NCBI GenBank assembly: GCA_013361705.1 | Contig: JABFXN010000117.1 | Location: 3,022-67,021 of the forward strand | Origin: Acidobacteriaceae bacterium | GTDB taxonomy: Bacteria > Acidobacteriota > Terriglobia > Terriglobales > Acidobacteriaceae | Length of the DNA: 64,000 nucleotides | Reading direction: 5' to 3' | Shown: positions 9,598-17,687 of the stretch, in pieces | How positions within the stretch are numbered: position 1 is the stretch's first letter | Layout: each line of letters opens with the position of its first letter | Notes under the pieces: model-generated | What the model was told of the DNA's origin: nothing | The model's database searches: none | What the model saw: only the letters and a program-made list of their open reading frames with translations | Program-made: the position numbers and the translations under genes

Positions 9598-9660
9598 TTT
9601 CCGTAATGAAAACGCCGCTGCACGCCCCTTCCGGGATACCCAGCAACAGGGAAAATGCTC
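9549..9660 (+). repeat. 112-nt structured repeat (family R4), copy A
   Basis: The ends GAGCATTTTCCCTGT...ACAGGGAAAATGCTC are reverse complements, and there is an internal hairpin GGCATTTTC-CGTAAT-GAAAACGCC. Gap-free alignment to 62006-62117 shows high identity, roughly 80-85% by eye. Confidence 0.75.
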
Positions 9661-9680
9661 TGGAACAACGCCTGCAAAAA

Positions 9681-10967
9681 CTATCTCTCGAAGACGGCAA
9701 CCGTCTCCAGATGAAATGTCTGGGGAAACATATCCACGAGATGCAGCTCCGCTAACGTGTAGCCGGATTGTAGCAGTCCAGCTGCATCGCGCGAGAAGGT
9801 CGCAGGATCGCAGGAGACATAGACGATACGCGGTGCCTGTAACGCAGCGAGCCGTTCGACGACCTCCGGCCCCAGACCGGCACGGGGTGGATCCACAACA
9901 ATCAGGTCCGGTGTCTGCAGTTTGCCGCGGCGCAGAAACTCTGCCGTCGTGGCGCGAAGGGCACGATGAGGCGCGGTCACCAGCGATGAAAGCTCGCAAA
10001 AGCTGGCCTCACCGATCTCTACCGCTGTCACCTGCGCGAAGTGCTGCATCAAAGCGGCGGTGAAAAGACCGGCGCCGGCGTAGAGATCCCATGCGTGCTG
10101 CCCGCTGCGCTGCGCCGTTACCAGGGAGACCATCGTGTCGATGACGAAGCGGTTCACCTGGAAGAAGCCGCCTGCCTGGACACGATAGCTCTGACCTGCC
10201 GTTGTGTACGGCAGAGACGGTTCACCCCACTGTGCCGCAACATGACCTTCCACTGATTCATCCGGCTGGCCGCGATGGCCGCGCTGATCACGATCGGCCT
10301 GCACAACACTGGCTCCGATGAGCTGCGGCGTCTTCAACTGCAGCGCTTCACACAGCCGCGACAGACGCTGTGACGCAATAGGCTTTGCCGCAAGCAGAGT
10401 GAGCTGGAGCTTACTCTCTAATGCATCCGCAAATAGCTCCACCTCGCTAATGCCTTCGAGCGGAAGTTCCATCAGCACCTGCGCTGCCTGCCACAACAGG
10501 GGCGCGGCGAGGGGACACTCTGCAATCGGAAGAAAGACGTGCGATCCGCGGCGGTTGTAGCCGAGCCGGTTGTTCTCACAGCGCAGACGAATACGGTTGC
10601 GATAGTGCCACGGTTCGGCGGCATGTACAGCGATCTCGGGAAGCTGACGTACGCCTGCGCGCTCCAATGTCTCCCGCAGGATGCCGCGCTTCATGGCAAG
10701 CTGCGCCTCGTAAGCGGCGTGCTGATACTGGCATCCGCCGCATACGCCGAAGTGGCGGCATAGCGCAGCGACGCGTTCTGGCGCGGTCTCGATCACTGCG
10801 AGCAGCTCCGCTTCTGCAAACCCCTTCTTCGATGAGCGTACGCCTGCATCGACCATCTCGCCGGGAAGTGCGAAGGGAACGAAGACGGCTTTGCCCGCCT
10901 GCTCGCCTTCAGTCATACGGGCGAGACCGTTGCCGCCGTAAATGGCTTTCTCGATGCGCAGCTTCAT
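9681..10967 (-). CDS. TRAM-domain 23S rRNA (uracil-5)-methyltransferase, RumA/RlmD family
   Basis: N-terminal TRAM-like segment, Fe-S motif CRHFGVCGGCQYQH, and a C-terminal class I SAM fold (DLYAGAGLF, VDPPRAG). Confidence 0.85.
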   Translation of the reverse strand: MKLRIEKAIYGGNGLARMTEGEQAGKAVFVPFALPGEMVDAGVRSSKKGFAEAELLAVIETAPERVAALCRHFGVCGGCQYQHAAYEAQLAMKRGILRETLERAGVRQLPEIAVHAAEPWHYRNRIRLRCENNRLGYNRRGSHVFLPIAECPLAAPLLWQAAQVLMELPLEGISEVELFADALESKLQLTLLAAKPIASQRLSRLCEALQLKTPQLIGASVVQADRDQRGHRGQPDESVEGHVAAQWGEPSLPYTTAGQSYRVQAGGFFQVNRFVIDTMVSLVTAQRSGQHAWDLYAGAGLFTAALMQHFAQVTAVEIGEASFCELSSLVTAPHRALRATTAEFLRRGKLQTPDLIVVDPPRAGLGPEVVERLAALQAPRIVYVSCDPATFSRDAAGLLQSGYTLAELHLVDMFPQTFHLETVAVFER

Positions 10968-11677
10968 AGGTCGTGGGTCATGTAGAAGAGCGAGAGGCGA
11001 GGAAGATTACGCGCCTCCAGCATGCGTTTCTGCAGGAACTGCTGTTCCACCTGACGGATCTGCACAGCTTGCATGCGGCTGCGATAGGGCGCAAGCTCGC
11101 GTGCCGCCTGTTCGCGCAGCGCGGTCAGCTCCGCTTCCGGCGCTGCCGTCATCAAACCGGCAAAGAGCTTCTCTTCCAGCACGGTCAGCGTGCGATCCAG
11201 TTGCTCCATATTTCCTGCCGTTGCGCGCATCTCCACGGCCAGCGCACGGAGGCGTGTCGCCACTTCGGCAGCGACGGCATCCGCGGGCGCAGCCAGTTTT
11301 GCATCGGCGAGAAGGCCCGCATTGGATTCCAGGTAGCGCGCGACAGACTCCCCTTCGAAGCCGGAGTCCTGTTCTTCCTGCGGCTGTTTGGCGGCGCCGA
11401 TGGCGGCTTCCTTCATCTCTTCGGTTGCTTCCATCACGGCCTGCGCACACCATGCCAGGCCATTCACCTTACGTACACCGCGCGGTGCCCGGCGCTGGCG
11501 CTCGTCGTACTTATCAAAGGCCTGATCGATGCCGCGCAGCACCGCTTCCAGCGGAATGCCGGCGTCGCGCCAGGTCTCGATCAATGCCCAATCCAGCGTG
11601 GAAAGCATAAGAAGCGATCCACGGCGTTGCTGGAATCGCTGTTCGATCTCAGTGAAGTAGTTGAAGTAATTCAGCAC
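10964..11677 (-). CDS. Conserved hypothetical protein (237 aa), function unknown
   Basis: Protein-like composition. The start lies 3 nt after the coaX stop and the stop overlaps the methyltransferase start (ATGA). The N-terminus YFTEIEQRF..LSTLDWALIETWRDAGIPLEAVLRGI faintly resembles a DnaD-like helical domain, but this is not verified. Confidence 0.6.
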   Translation of the reverse strand: MLNYFNYFTEIEQRFQQRRGSLLMLSTLDWALIETWRDAGIPLEAVLRGIDQAFDKYDERQRRAPRGVRKVNGLAWCAQAVMEATEEMKEAAIGAAKQPQEEQDSGFEGESVARYLESNAGLLADAKLAAPADAVAAEVATRLRALAVEMRATAGNMEQLDRTLTVLEEKLFAGLMTAAPEAELTALREQAARELAPYRSRMQAVQIRQVEQQFLQKRMLEARNLPRLSLFYMTHDL

Positions 11678-11679
11678 AG

Positions 11680-12507
11680 CTACGCCTGCAACACCTTCGC
11701 AGCTTCACTCTGGCGGCGGCGGCGCTCCTGGTTGCGGTCGTAGATGATGCGCAGACCTTCAAGGGTAAGCATCTCATCGACCGTATCGAGATAGCGCGAA
11801 CCGGGAGCGATCAGCTTACCGAGACCGCCGGTCACGACTGTCTTCACCGGCGCGGCGAGTTCAGCGATCATGCGCTCCAGGATGCCATCCACAAGGCCGA
11901 TGTAGCCGTAGTACAAACCGATCTGAATGTTGTCGGTCGTATTGGTGCCGATGATCTTGGAGGGCTTACGGATCTCAACCCGCGACAAACGCGCCGCCAG
12001 ATTAAAGAGCGCATCGGCGGAGATACCCAATCCGGGAGCGATAGCTCCACCGAGAAACTCGCCTTTGGCCGACACGACATCGAAGGTCGTGGCTGTCCCC
12101 ATGTCCACCACAATGCAGGGGCCGCCATAGCGCTCGAATGCCGCGACACAGTTCACGATGCGGTCGGCGCCTACCTCAGTGGGATGATCGACGAGGACAG
12201 CGAGGCCTGTCCGAATACCTGGTTCTACGAAGAGCGGCCGGATTTTGAATAACGTCTCGGAGACACGGCGCAACACCTGGTCGACCGGTGGAACGACAGA
12301 GGAGATAGCAATCCCGGTCACATCTTCAATCTTCAGATTGCGCAGCTCAAAGAGCTCTCGCAGAAGAACACTCATCTCGTCGACGGTGCGATGGTGAATG
12401 GTGGTAACACGCCAGTCGGCGATAAGCTTTGACGGTTGACCGGCCTCAGGGCGGTCATACACGCCCAGCATGATGTTGGTGTTTCCTACGTCGAGTGCCA
12501 GTAGCAT
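11680..12507 (-). CDS. coaX: Type III pantothenate kinase
   Basis: MLLALDVGNTN N-terminus and ASKHA-fold motifs (VVDMGTATTFD, TGG). Confidence 0.9.
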   Translation of the reverse strand: MLLALDVGNTNIMLGVYDRPEAGQPSKLIADWRVTTIHHRTVDEMSVLLRELFELRNLKIEDVTGIAISSVVPPVDQVLRRVSETLFKIRPLFVEPGIRTGLAVLVDHPTEVGADRIVNCVAAFERYGGPCIVVDMGTATTFDVVSAKGEFLGGAIAPGLGISADALFNLAARLSRVEIRKPSKIIGTNTTDNIQIGLYYGYIGLVDGILERMIAELAAPVKTVVTGGLGKLIAPGSRYLDTVDEMLTLEGLRIIYDRNQERRRRQSEAAKVLQA

Positions 12508-12537
12508 TGCGCGCTCTCTTAGCCTCTTTCCCTTCGA

Positions 12538-13308
12538 TCATTCGCAAGGACGCACACCGCCGGAGCGGACCGTGCGTATACCGTCACGGGTGTTAACCAG
12601 AAGAAACCCCTGGGGGTTCAACCCGCACGTCAACCCAGTATAGCCCTCGTCTTCAGCCACGCTCACCTGCTTATTCCGAACCCAGGAAGAGGCCGCGGTG
12701 AACCGTTCCAGCACGTCCTCACCAGCTTCGAGTGCAGCCAGTTCCGCTTCCAGGGCGCGCAACAGAGTGGATAGAAGAACCTCACGACTCTGGGGATGCC
12801 CGGTCTCGATGCGAAGTGAAGTCGCCGTCTGGGAAAGCGGCTCAGGAAAGCCGTCGTGATTCACATTCAGGCCAATGCCGATAACGGCGTACCGCATCGC
12901 GTCGCCCGCAAAGACCGACTCTACGAGGATTCCGGCGCACTTCTTCCCGTGGAGCAAAACGTCGTTGGGCCAGCGGATATCGGCTGCCAGAGCAGTCGCT
13001 TGCTCGATGGCCGACTTCACCGCCATGCCGGCAATCAACGATAGCCACAGCGCCCGGTCAGTGCTCAGCGAAGGCCGCACTAGAACGCTGACGTAGATGC
13101 CGTCCTGCGGTCGCGAGTGCCACTGATGCCCTCCGCGTCCCCGGCCTGCCGTCTGCTCCCCGGCAAGGTAGACACTGCCATGAGGAGCTCCCCGCTGCGC
13201 CTGCGCCAGGGCATAGGTGTTGGTGGAGTCAATCGTGGGAAAGTATGCGACCTGGCTGGCAAAGACAGTCCCGCGAAGCTCAGCCCCCAGTGCGGCCAAG
13301 TCGTACAT
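12538..13308 (-). CDS. birA: Biotin--[acetyl-CoA-carboxylase] ligase
   Basis: GRGRGGHQWHS biotin-binding loop and KWPND-like IRWPNDV. At 256 aa with no N-terminal HTH visible, it looks like a class I BirA. Confidence 0.9.
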   Translation of the reverse strand: MYDLAALGAELRGTVFASQVAYFPTIDSTNTYALAQAQRGAPHGSVYLAGEQTAGRGRGGHQWHSRPQDGIYVSVLVRPSLSTDRALWLSLIAGMAVKSAIEQATALAADIRWPNDVLLHGKKCAGILVESVFAGDAMRYAVIGIGLNVNHDGFPEPLSQTATSLRIETGHPQSREVLLSTLLRALEAELAALEAGEDVLERFTAASSWVRNKQVSVAEDEGYTGLTCGLNPQGFLLVNTRDGIRTVRSGGVRPCE

Positions 13309-14201
13309 CAGTACACATCCGCAGTGATCTTCATACTGAGATCGACAGCAACGGCGGAGTGCGTCAGCGCGCCGACACTGATAAAGTCCACACCGGTCCT
13401 GGCATAGCTGCCGATGGTCTTCAAGTTCATGTTGCCGCTGGCCTCAATGGAGACGCCCGGAGCCCGCTTGCGAATCACCTTTACCGCCTTGGCAACCTCG
13501 GCGGGAGTCATGTTGTCCAGCAGGAGCGACTCTGCCCCGCCAAGCAGTGCCTGGTCCAGCTCGGTAAAGGTGCGGACCTCGACTTGTATCTTCTGGCCGC
13601 CGCGACGGTCTTCCAGCGCCTTCTTCAACACCGTGGGAATGCCGCCGCCCAACGAAATGTGATTGTTTTTGATGAGGACTCCGTCGTGCAGATCCTGCCG
13701 ATGGTTGGTGCCGCCGCCGCAGGCCACGGCATACTTTTCCAGCAGCCGCATCCCTGGCAGCGTCTTGCGCGTATCCAGCACCTTGACCTTCGTTCCCCTC
13801 ACCTCGCGCACGTACTGTGCCGTAAGCGTCGCAATTCCGCTCATGCGCTGCATCAGGTTCAAAATCACGCGCTCGCAGGAGAGGATAGACGCTGCATTGT
13901 GACGGATGACCGCCAGCGCCTGCCCCTTCTTCACTCGCACGCCATCAAAAATCTCCGGGTGGCTGATGACGTCGAAACGTCCGACAGGCTTCTTGCTGAG
14001 CCGGGCAAAGATCTCAAGGAATGCGGGGATACACCCCAATCCGGAGACGACACAGTCTTCTTTTGCCAGGATCGACGCCGAAGCTCGTAGCGAAGGGTCA
14101 ATCGTCAGTCGGGTTGTCTCATCTTCGGTCGCGCGGTCTTCTACCAGCGCGGCTTCCAACAGGGCAGTCACGCGCTTGCTCTTCCAGTCCATGCGCTTCA
14201 T
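13308..14201 (-). CDS. nadC: Nicotinate-nucleotide diphosphorylase (carboxylating), quinolinate phosphoribosyltransferase
   Basis: Typical NadC blocks are present (HRQDLHDGVLIKNNH, LLDNM, EASGN). I start at an internal Met (14201, alternative 14192), because the track ORF's 5' extension is Arg-rich and not protein-like. Confidence 0.9.
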   Translation of the reverse strand: MKRMDWKSKRVTALLEAALVEDRATEDETTRLTIDPSLRASASILAKEDCVVSGLGCIPAFLEIFARLSKKPVGRFDVISHPEIFDGVRVKKGQALAVIRHNAASILSCERVILNLMQRMSGIATLTAQYVREVRGTKVKVLDTRKTLPGMRLLEKYAVACGGGTNHRQDLHDGVLIKNNHISLGGGIPTVLKKALEDRRGGQKIQVEVRTFTELDQALLGGAESLLLDNMTPAEVAKAVKVIRKRAPGVSIEASGNMNLKTIGSYARTGVDFISVGALTHSAVAVDLSMKITADVY

Positions 14202-14309
14202 TCTACGGCGTTTCTGGCGCCTGCCAAACACTTGCATATTTCTCCCGAAACCGGGCATCCACCTGCCGGGCAGCCCCATCTCACCACGCTCAAAAGGAGG
14301 TGACAGACG

Positions 14310-14558
14310 ATGGTTGAGGCACCGCAACACGAACCCGTCGGATTCACCAACCGCACCCGCGGCCTTTCAGGCGAATACGCTCACGAGCAGGGCTGGCAAC
14401 TGTTCGAGGACGAGCGCCGCATTCCCGCTGTGGGACCGCCCGGCGTGGAAGAAAAATATCCCGGTCACGAGTATGATTGGGGCGCTCCATCCCCACCCGG
14501 TGACAAGGCCGTAACGTCACTGGAGATTGGAGACGAGAGTGAGACAGAAGCAGCGTGA
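14310..14558 (+). CDS. Small acidic hypothetical protein (82 aa)
   Basis: A strong SD, AAGGAGGTG, lies 7 nt before the ATG. The product is hydrophilic and I recognise no homology. Confidence 0.45.
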   Translation: MVEAPQHEPVGFTNRTRGLSGEYAHEQGWQLFEDERRIPAVGPPGVEEKYPGHEYDWGAPSPPGDKAVTSLEIGDESETEAA

Positions 14559-14594
14559 TCGCTGTATGGCATAAACCACGGAAAGGAGAAGAGG

Positions 14595-14813
14595 ATGAGC
14601 AATCGGCAATCGACTCCACTCAAACAACACGGGGACAACAAGGAACCCGTGCATAACCGAGGTCACGACCGCAGCTACGCCGCCCATACTGGCGCCGACG
14701 GCATGCAACCCATGAAACCGCAGGAGGCTTCCGGCAACAGTTCCGGCAGCCATGGCAACAGTCTTCGTCAGCCACCTGCAATGCAAAGCCGTAGCGGCAA
14801 ACAGCATCGCTAG
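14595..14813 (+). CDS. Small hydrophilic, probably disordered hypothetical protein (72 aa)
   Basis: An AAAGGAGAAG SD precedes the ATG and a terminator follows. The composition is rich in Gly, Ser, His and Gln. Confidence 0.4.
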   Translation: MSNRQSTPLKQHGDNKEPVHNRGHDRSYAAHTGADGMQPMKPQEASGNSSGSHGNSLRQPPAMQSRSGKQHR

Positions 14814-14833
14814 ATGAGATCTCAGCAAAACAC

Positions 14834-14872
14834 GAAGGCCCGCAACAGACGGATGCGGGCCTTCTTTGTCTA
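14834..14872. terminator. Bidirectional hairpin terminator between the small ORFs (+) and ppc (-)
   Basis: GAAGGCCCGCA-loop-TGCGGGCCTTC with T-rich tracts on both strands. Confidence 0.65.
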
Positions 14873-14886
14873 TTTGCGAATTTGCA

Positions 14887-17685
14887 TCAGCCGGTATTCC
14901 GCAGGCCGGCTGAGATGCCGTTGATGGTCGCCGTGATGGCGCGATTCAGGTCTTCTGTCTCTCCCTCATCGCGCTTACGCCGCATCAGCTCCACCTGAAT
15001 CAGGCTCATAGGATCGACATACGGATTACGCAGACGCACCGACCGCGCGAGCACTGGGTTGGTAGCAAGCAGCTCTGTCTGCCCGGTCACCGACAGCACC
15101 ATCTTCTTCGTACGCTCGAACTCGGCGAGCAGCTTCGACCAGACACGCTCACGCAGCTCTTCATCTTTCACCAGGCCGGCATACATGCGCGCGATGCCGA
15201 AGTCGCTCTTCACCAGAGCCATCTCCACGTTGCGGATCATGTCAATGAAGAGCGGGAACTCACGCATCATCTGCTGCAGCAGAGCCAAAGCCTCGGGGCC
15301 TTTGGCGGCGAAGATCTCCAGCGCATGACCAACGCCGAACCACGCTGGTACGAGGTGACGGCTCTGCATCCATCCGAAGACCCAGGGAATGGCGCGCAGA
15401 TCGGCAAAGTTGCGCTTGCCGCTGCGACGCGCAGGACGGGAACCGATCTTGGCATGCTCCAGCTCAACCACTGGCGTGGCCTGCTCAAAGTAGGTAAAGA
15501 CCTCGGGGTCTTCGACGATGCTGGAGCGGTAGAAACCATAGGAGGTCTCGCTCAGCTCGTTCAGCGCCTCTTCCCATTCCGGCGTCAGCAAGCCGGTCAG
15601 GCACGCATCGCACTGTTGCTTGGCGTCGGGACGTGCCAGGGCATCGAGCGAGGCGGCCAGCATCAGTTCCAGGTTGCGCTCGGCGAGCACTACGTCGGAG
15701 TACTTCCAGTTCATCACCTCACCCTGTTCGGTGATGCGGAACTGACCGTTGAATCCATCAAAGGGCTGCGCATAGATGGCGCGGTGCGTCGGTCCGCCGC
15801 CGCGGCCGACAGTTCCTCCACGGCCATGGAACAACCGCAGCTTCACGCCACACTCGCGGGCCACATCGTGCAGCGCGCGATGCGCCTTGTAGATCTCCCA
15901 GGTCGAGGTGATCATGCCACCGTCTTTGTTCGAGTCCGAGTAGCCGAGCATGATCTCCTGCTCATAGTTCCAGCTCTCAAGCAACGGCTTGTAGGCCTCG
16001 CTGGTCCAGACATCGCGGCAGATACGCGGAGCGTTGCGAAGATCTTCGATCGACTCGAAGAGCGGCACCGGCTTCAGGCCGGGATCGCCTTCGCGACCTT
16101 CCACCGTAACGCCGCCCATACGGGCCAGCCAGATGACGCGGAGCAGGTCTTCTTTTTCGGTAGCTCCGCTGATGACGTACTGACGAATGGCGCGCGGCGA
16201 CTTCCGCTTGATCTCCGCAACGGCGCGCACTGTATCGATCAGCTCCAGCGTCTGCGCTGAGAGCTGCTTCGGCAGCTCGCCTTCGTTCACACGCTGCACA
16301 TCGCCAAGCTCCGCAACTGCGGTCGCGTGAACGCGGGCGTGCTGACGGATATCGAGGGTATGCAGATGCAGACCATAGGTGCGGACCTCCAGCAGCAGCG
16401 GATCGAGCAGAAGCTCCGCGAGGCGGCTGCCGCGATTCTCCATCAGGCTGGTCCGCAACACGCACAGGTCATGCTGAAACTCATCGGCACTGGCATAGTG
16501 CGACAATGTAGGCAGGCCGGAGAAGGGCACGCTGCTACGCGGCGAAGCGCCGAGACGGATCATGATGCAGATCACCAGCAGACGCACCGGCTCATGCGCA
16601 AAGCGCTGCTCTAATCTCTCGTCCTCGGTGCCGCGAAACTCTTTGACGTAGCCGGCCACCAGCTTCAGCAGTTCCTTCGAGACCGGCGCCTGCCTGGTGC
16701 TGGCGCCGAGTTGCTCGAAGAGATTCTGCAGCCGCGCGCCGTAGTGCTTCAGGAGCAGTTTCGAAGCCATGGTGATGGCTTCGCGCGTGACGTCGGGTGT
16801 GACGTAAGGATTGCCGTCGCGGTCGCCACCGATCCAGGAGCCGTAGTCCACAACGATCGGCAGGTCGGCAGGCGCGGGCGTCAGGCCGTATTCGGCGGCC
16901 AGCGCCGCGGAGATCTCTCCATAGAGACGGGGCAACGTGGCGAAGAGCGAGGCCTCGTAGTAGTCCAGGCCGATGCGGATCTCGTCACGGACCGAAGGAC
17001 GCTCGGTGCGCACATCGTTGGTCTGCCATAGCGCACTAATCTCAGCCATGAGCTCTCGCTCCAAGGCCTCAAGACGCTCAGGCGCGGTGGGGATACGGTC
17101 CAGCCGCCAGAGGATGTAGCTGATTCGGCGCTGTTTGAACATCACCAGGCGGCGCGCCACCTCAGTGGGATGCGCGGTGAATACCGGGGTCACGCGCAAC
17201 TTGCCCAGAAGGCCGTATGCCTGTTCGGCGGTATAGCCCACCTGCTTCATACGGCGTAGCGTGCCGCGCAGCGATCCGCGCTGCGGGATCGTAGAAGGAT
17301 TCAGCTCGTGCGCCACACGGCGGCGTTTGCGATGGTTCGTCTCCGCCAGGTTGATGAGCTCGAAGTAGAACGCAAATGCGCGCGCCAACTGGTAGGCCTG
17401 CTTCTCATCCAGACTGTGAATGCTAAGGATGGTCTGCTGCAGATTGCTGTTAGCCCTGGCTGCATCGCCCTTTGCATCCGCGTCCCGGCGCTCAATGGCG
17501 GAGAGGCGCAGCGTCTCCACCAGTTGGAACAGTTCTTCGCCGACCTGTTCGCGAAGGACATCGCCCAGCAGCTTGCCCAGCGAGCGCACATCGCGCCGTA
17601 ACGGCGCCTCTTTCAGATCGCCCGTCTGTGCCTCTAACTCGGCCAGACGTTCGCTCCAGTTCTTCGGTTGCCACAACGAAGCCAT
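14887..17685 (-). CDS. ppc: Phosphoenolpyruvate carboxylase
   Basis: 932 aa. It carries TAHPTE, the GYSDSNKDGG motif and the C-terminal ...GLRNTG end typical of Ppc. Confidence 0.95.
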   Translation of the reverse strand: MASLWQPKNWSERLAELEAQTGDLKEAPLRRDVRSLGKLLGDVLREQVGEELFQLVETLRLSAIERRDADAKGDAARANSNLQQTILSIHSLDEKQAYQLARAFAFYFELINLAETNHRKRRRVAHELNPSTIPQRGSLRGTLRRMKQVGYTAEQAYGLLGKLRVTPVFTAHPTEVARRLVMFKQRRISYILWRLDRIPTAPERLEALERELMAEISALWQTNDVRTERPSVRDEIRIGLDYYEASLFATLPRLYGEISAALAAEYGLTPAPADLPIVVDYGSWIGGDRDGNPYVTPDVTREAITMASKLLLKHYGARLQNLFEQLGASTRQAPVSKELLKLVAGYVKEFRGTEDERLEQRFAHEPVRLLVICIMIRLGASPRSSVPFSGLPTLSHYASADEFQHDLCVLRTSLMENRGSRLAELLLDPLLLEVRTYGLHLHTLDIRQHARVHATAVAELGDVQRVNEGELPKQLSAQTLELIDTVRAVAEIKRKSPRAIRQYVISGATEKEDLLRVIWLARMGGVTVEGREGDPGLKPVPLFESIEDLRNAPRICRDVWTSEAYKPLLESWNYEQEIMLGYSDSNKDGGMITSTWEIYKAHRALHDVARECGVKLRLFHGRGGTVGRGGGPTHRAIYAQPFDGFNGQFRITEQGEVMNWKYSDVVLAERNLELMLAASLDALARPDAKQQCDACLTGLLTPEWEEALNELSETSYGFYRSSIVEDPEVFTYFEQATPVVELEHAKIGSRPARRSGKRNFADLRAIPWVFGWMQSRHLVPAWFGVGHALEIFAAKGPEALALLQQMMREFPLFIDMIRNVEMALVKSDFGIARMYAGLVKDEELRERVWSKLLAEFERTKKMVLSVTGQTELLATNPVLARSVRLRNPYVDPMSLIQVELMRRKRDEGETEDLNRAITATINGISAGLRNTG

Positions 17686-17687
17686 AC

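Noticed and set aside
9515-9700. Apparently conserved minus-strand peptide (..FSLLLGIPEGACSGVF..) shared by the two copies of the 112-nt element
   Set aside because: The differences between copies are spread over all codon positions and are mostly non-synonymous. There is no start or SD context. The palindromic ends and hairpins point to conservation at the nucleotide or RNA level, not to a coding sequence.
9598-9999. N-terminal 134-aa extension of the ComEC ORF
   Set aside because: It overlaps the 3' end of the methyltransferase gene and the 112-nt repeat. The sequence is Arg/Cys/Ser-rich and not protein-like.
10973-11743. 256-aa plus-strand ORF
   Set aside because: It is antisense to the 237-aa conserved hypothetical gene, which is translationally coupled to its neighbours. 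Its composition is not protein-like.
14517-14828. 103-aa hydrophobic minus-strand ORF
   Set aside because: It is antisense to two SD-preceded small ORFs and has no SD of its own. I keep it only as a low-probability alternative.
15325-16260. 311-aa plus-strand ORF
   Set aside because: It is antisense to ppc.
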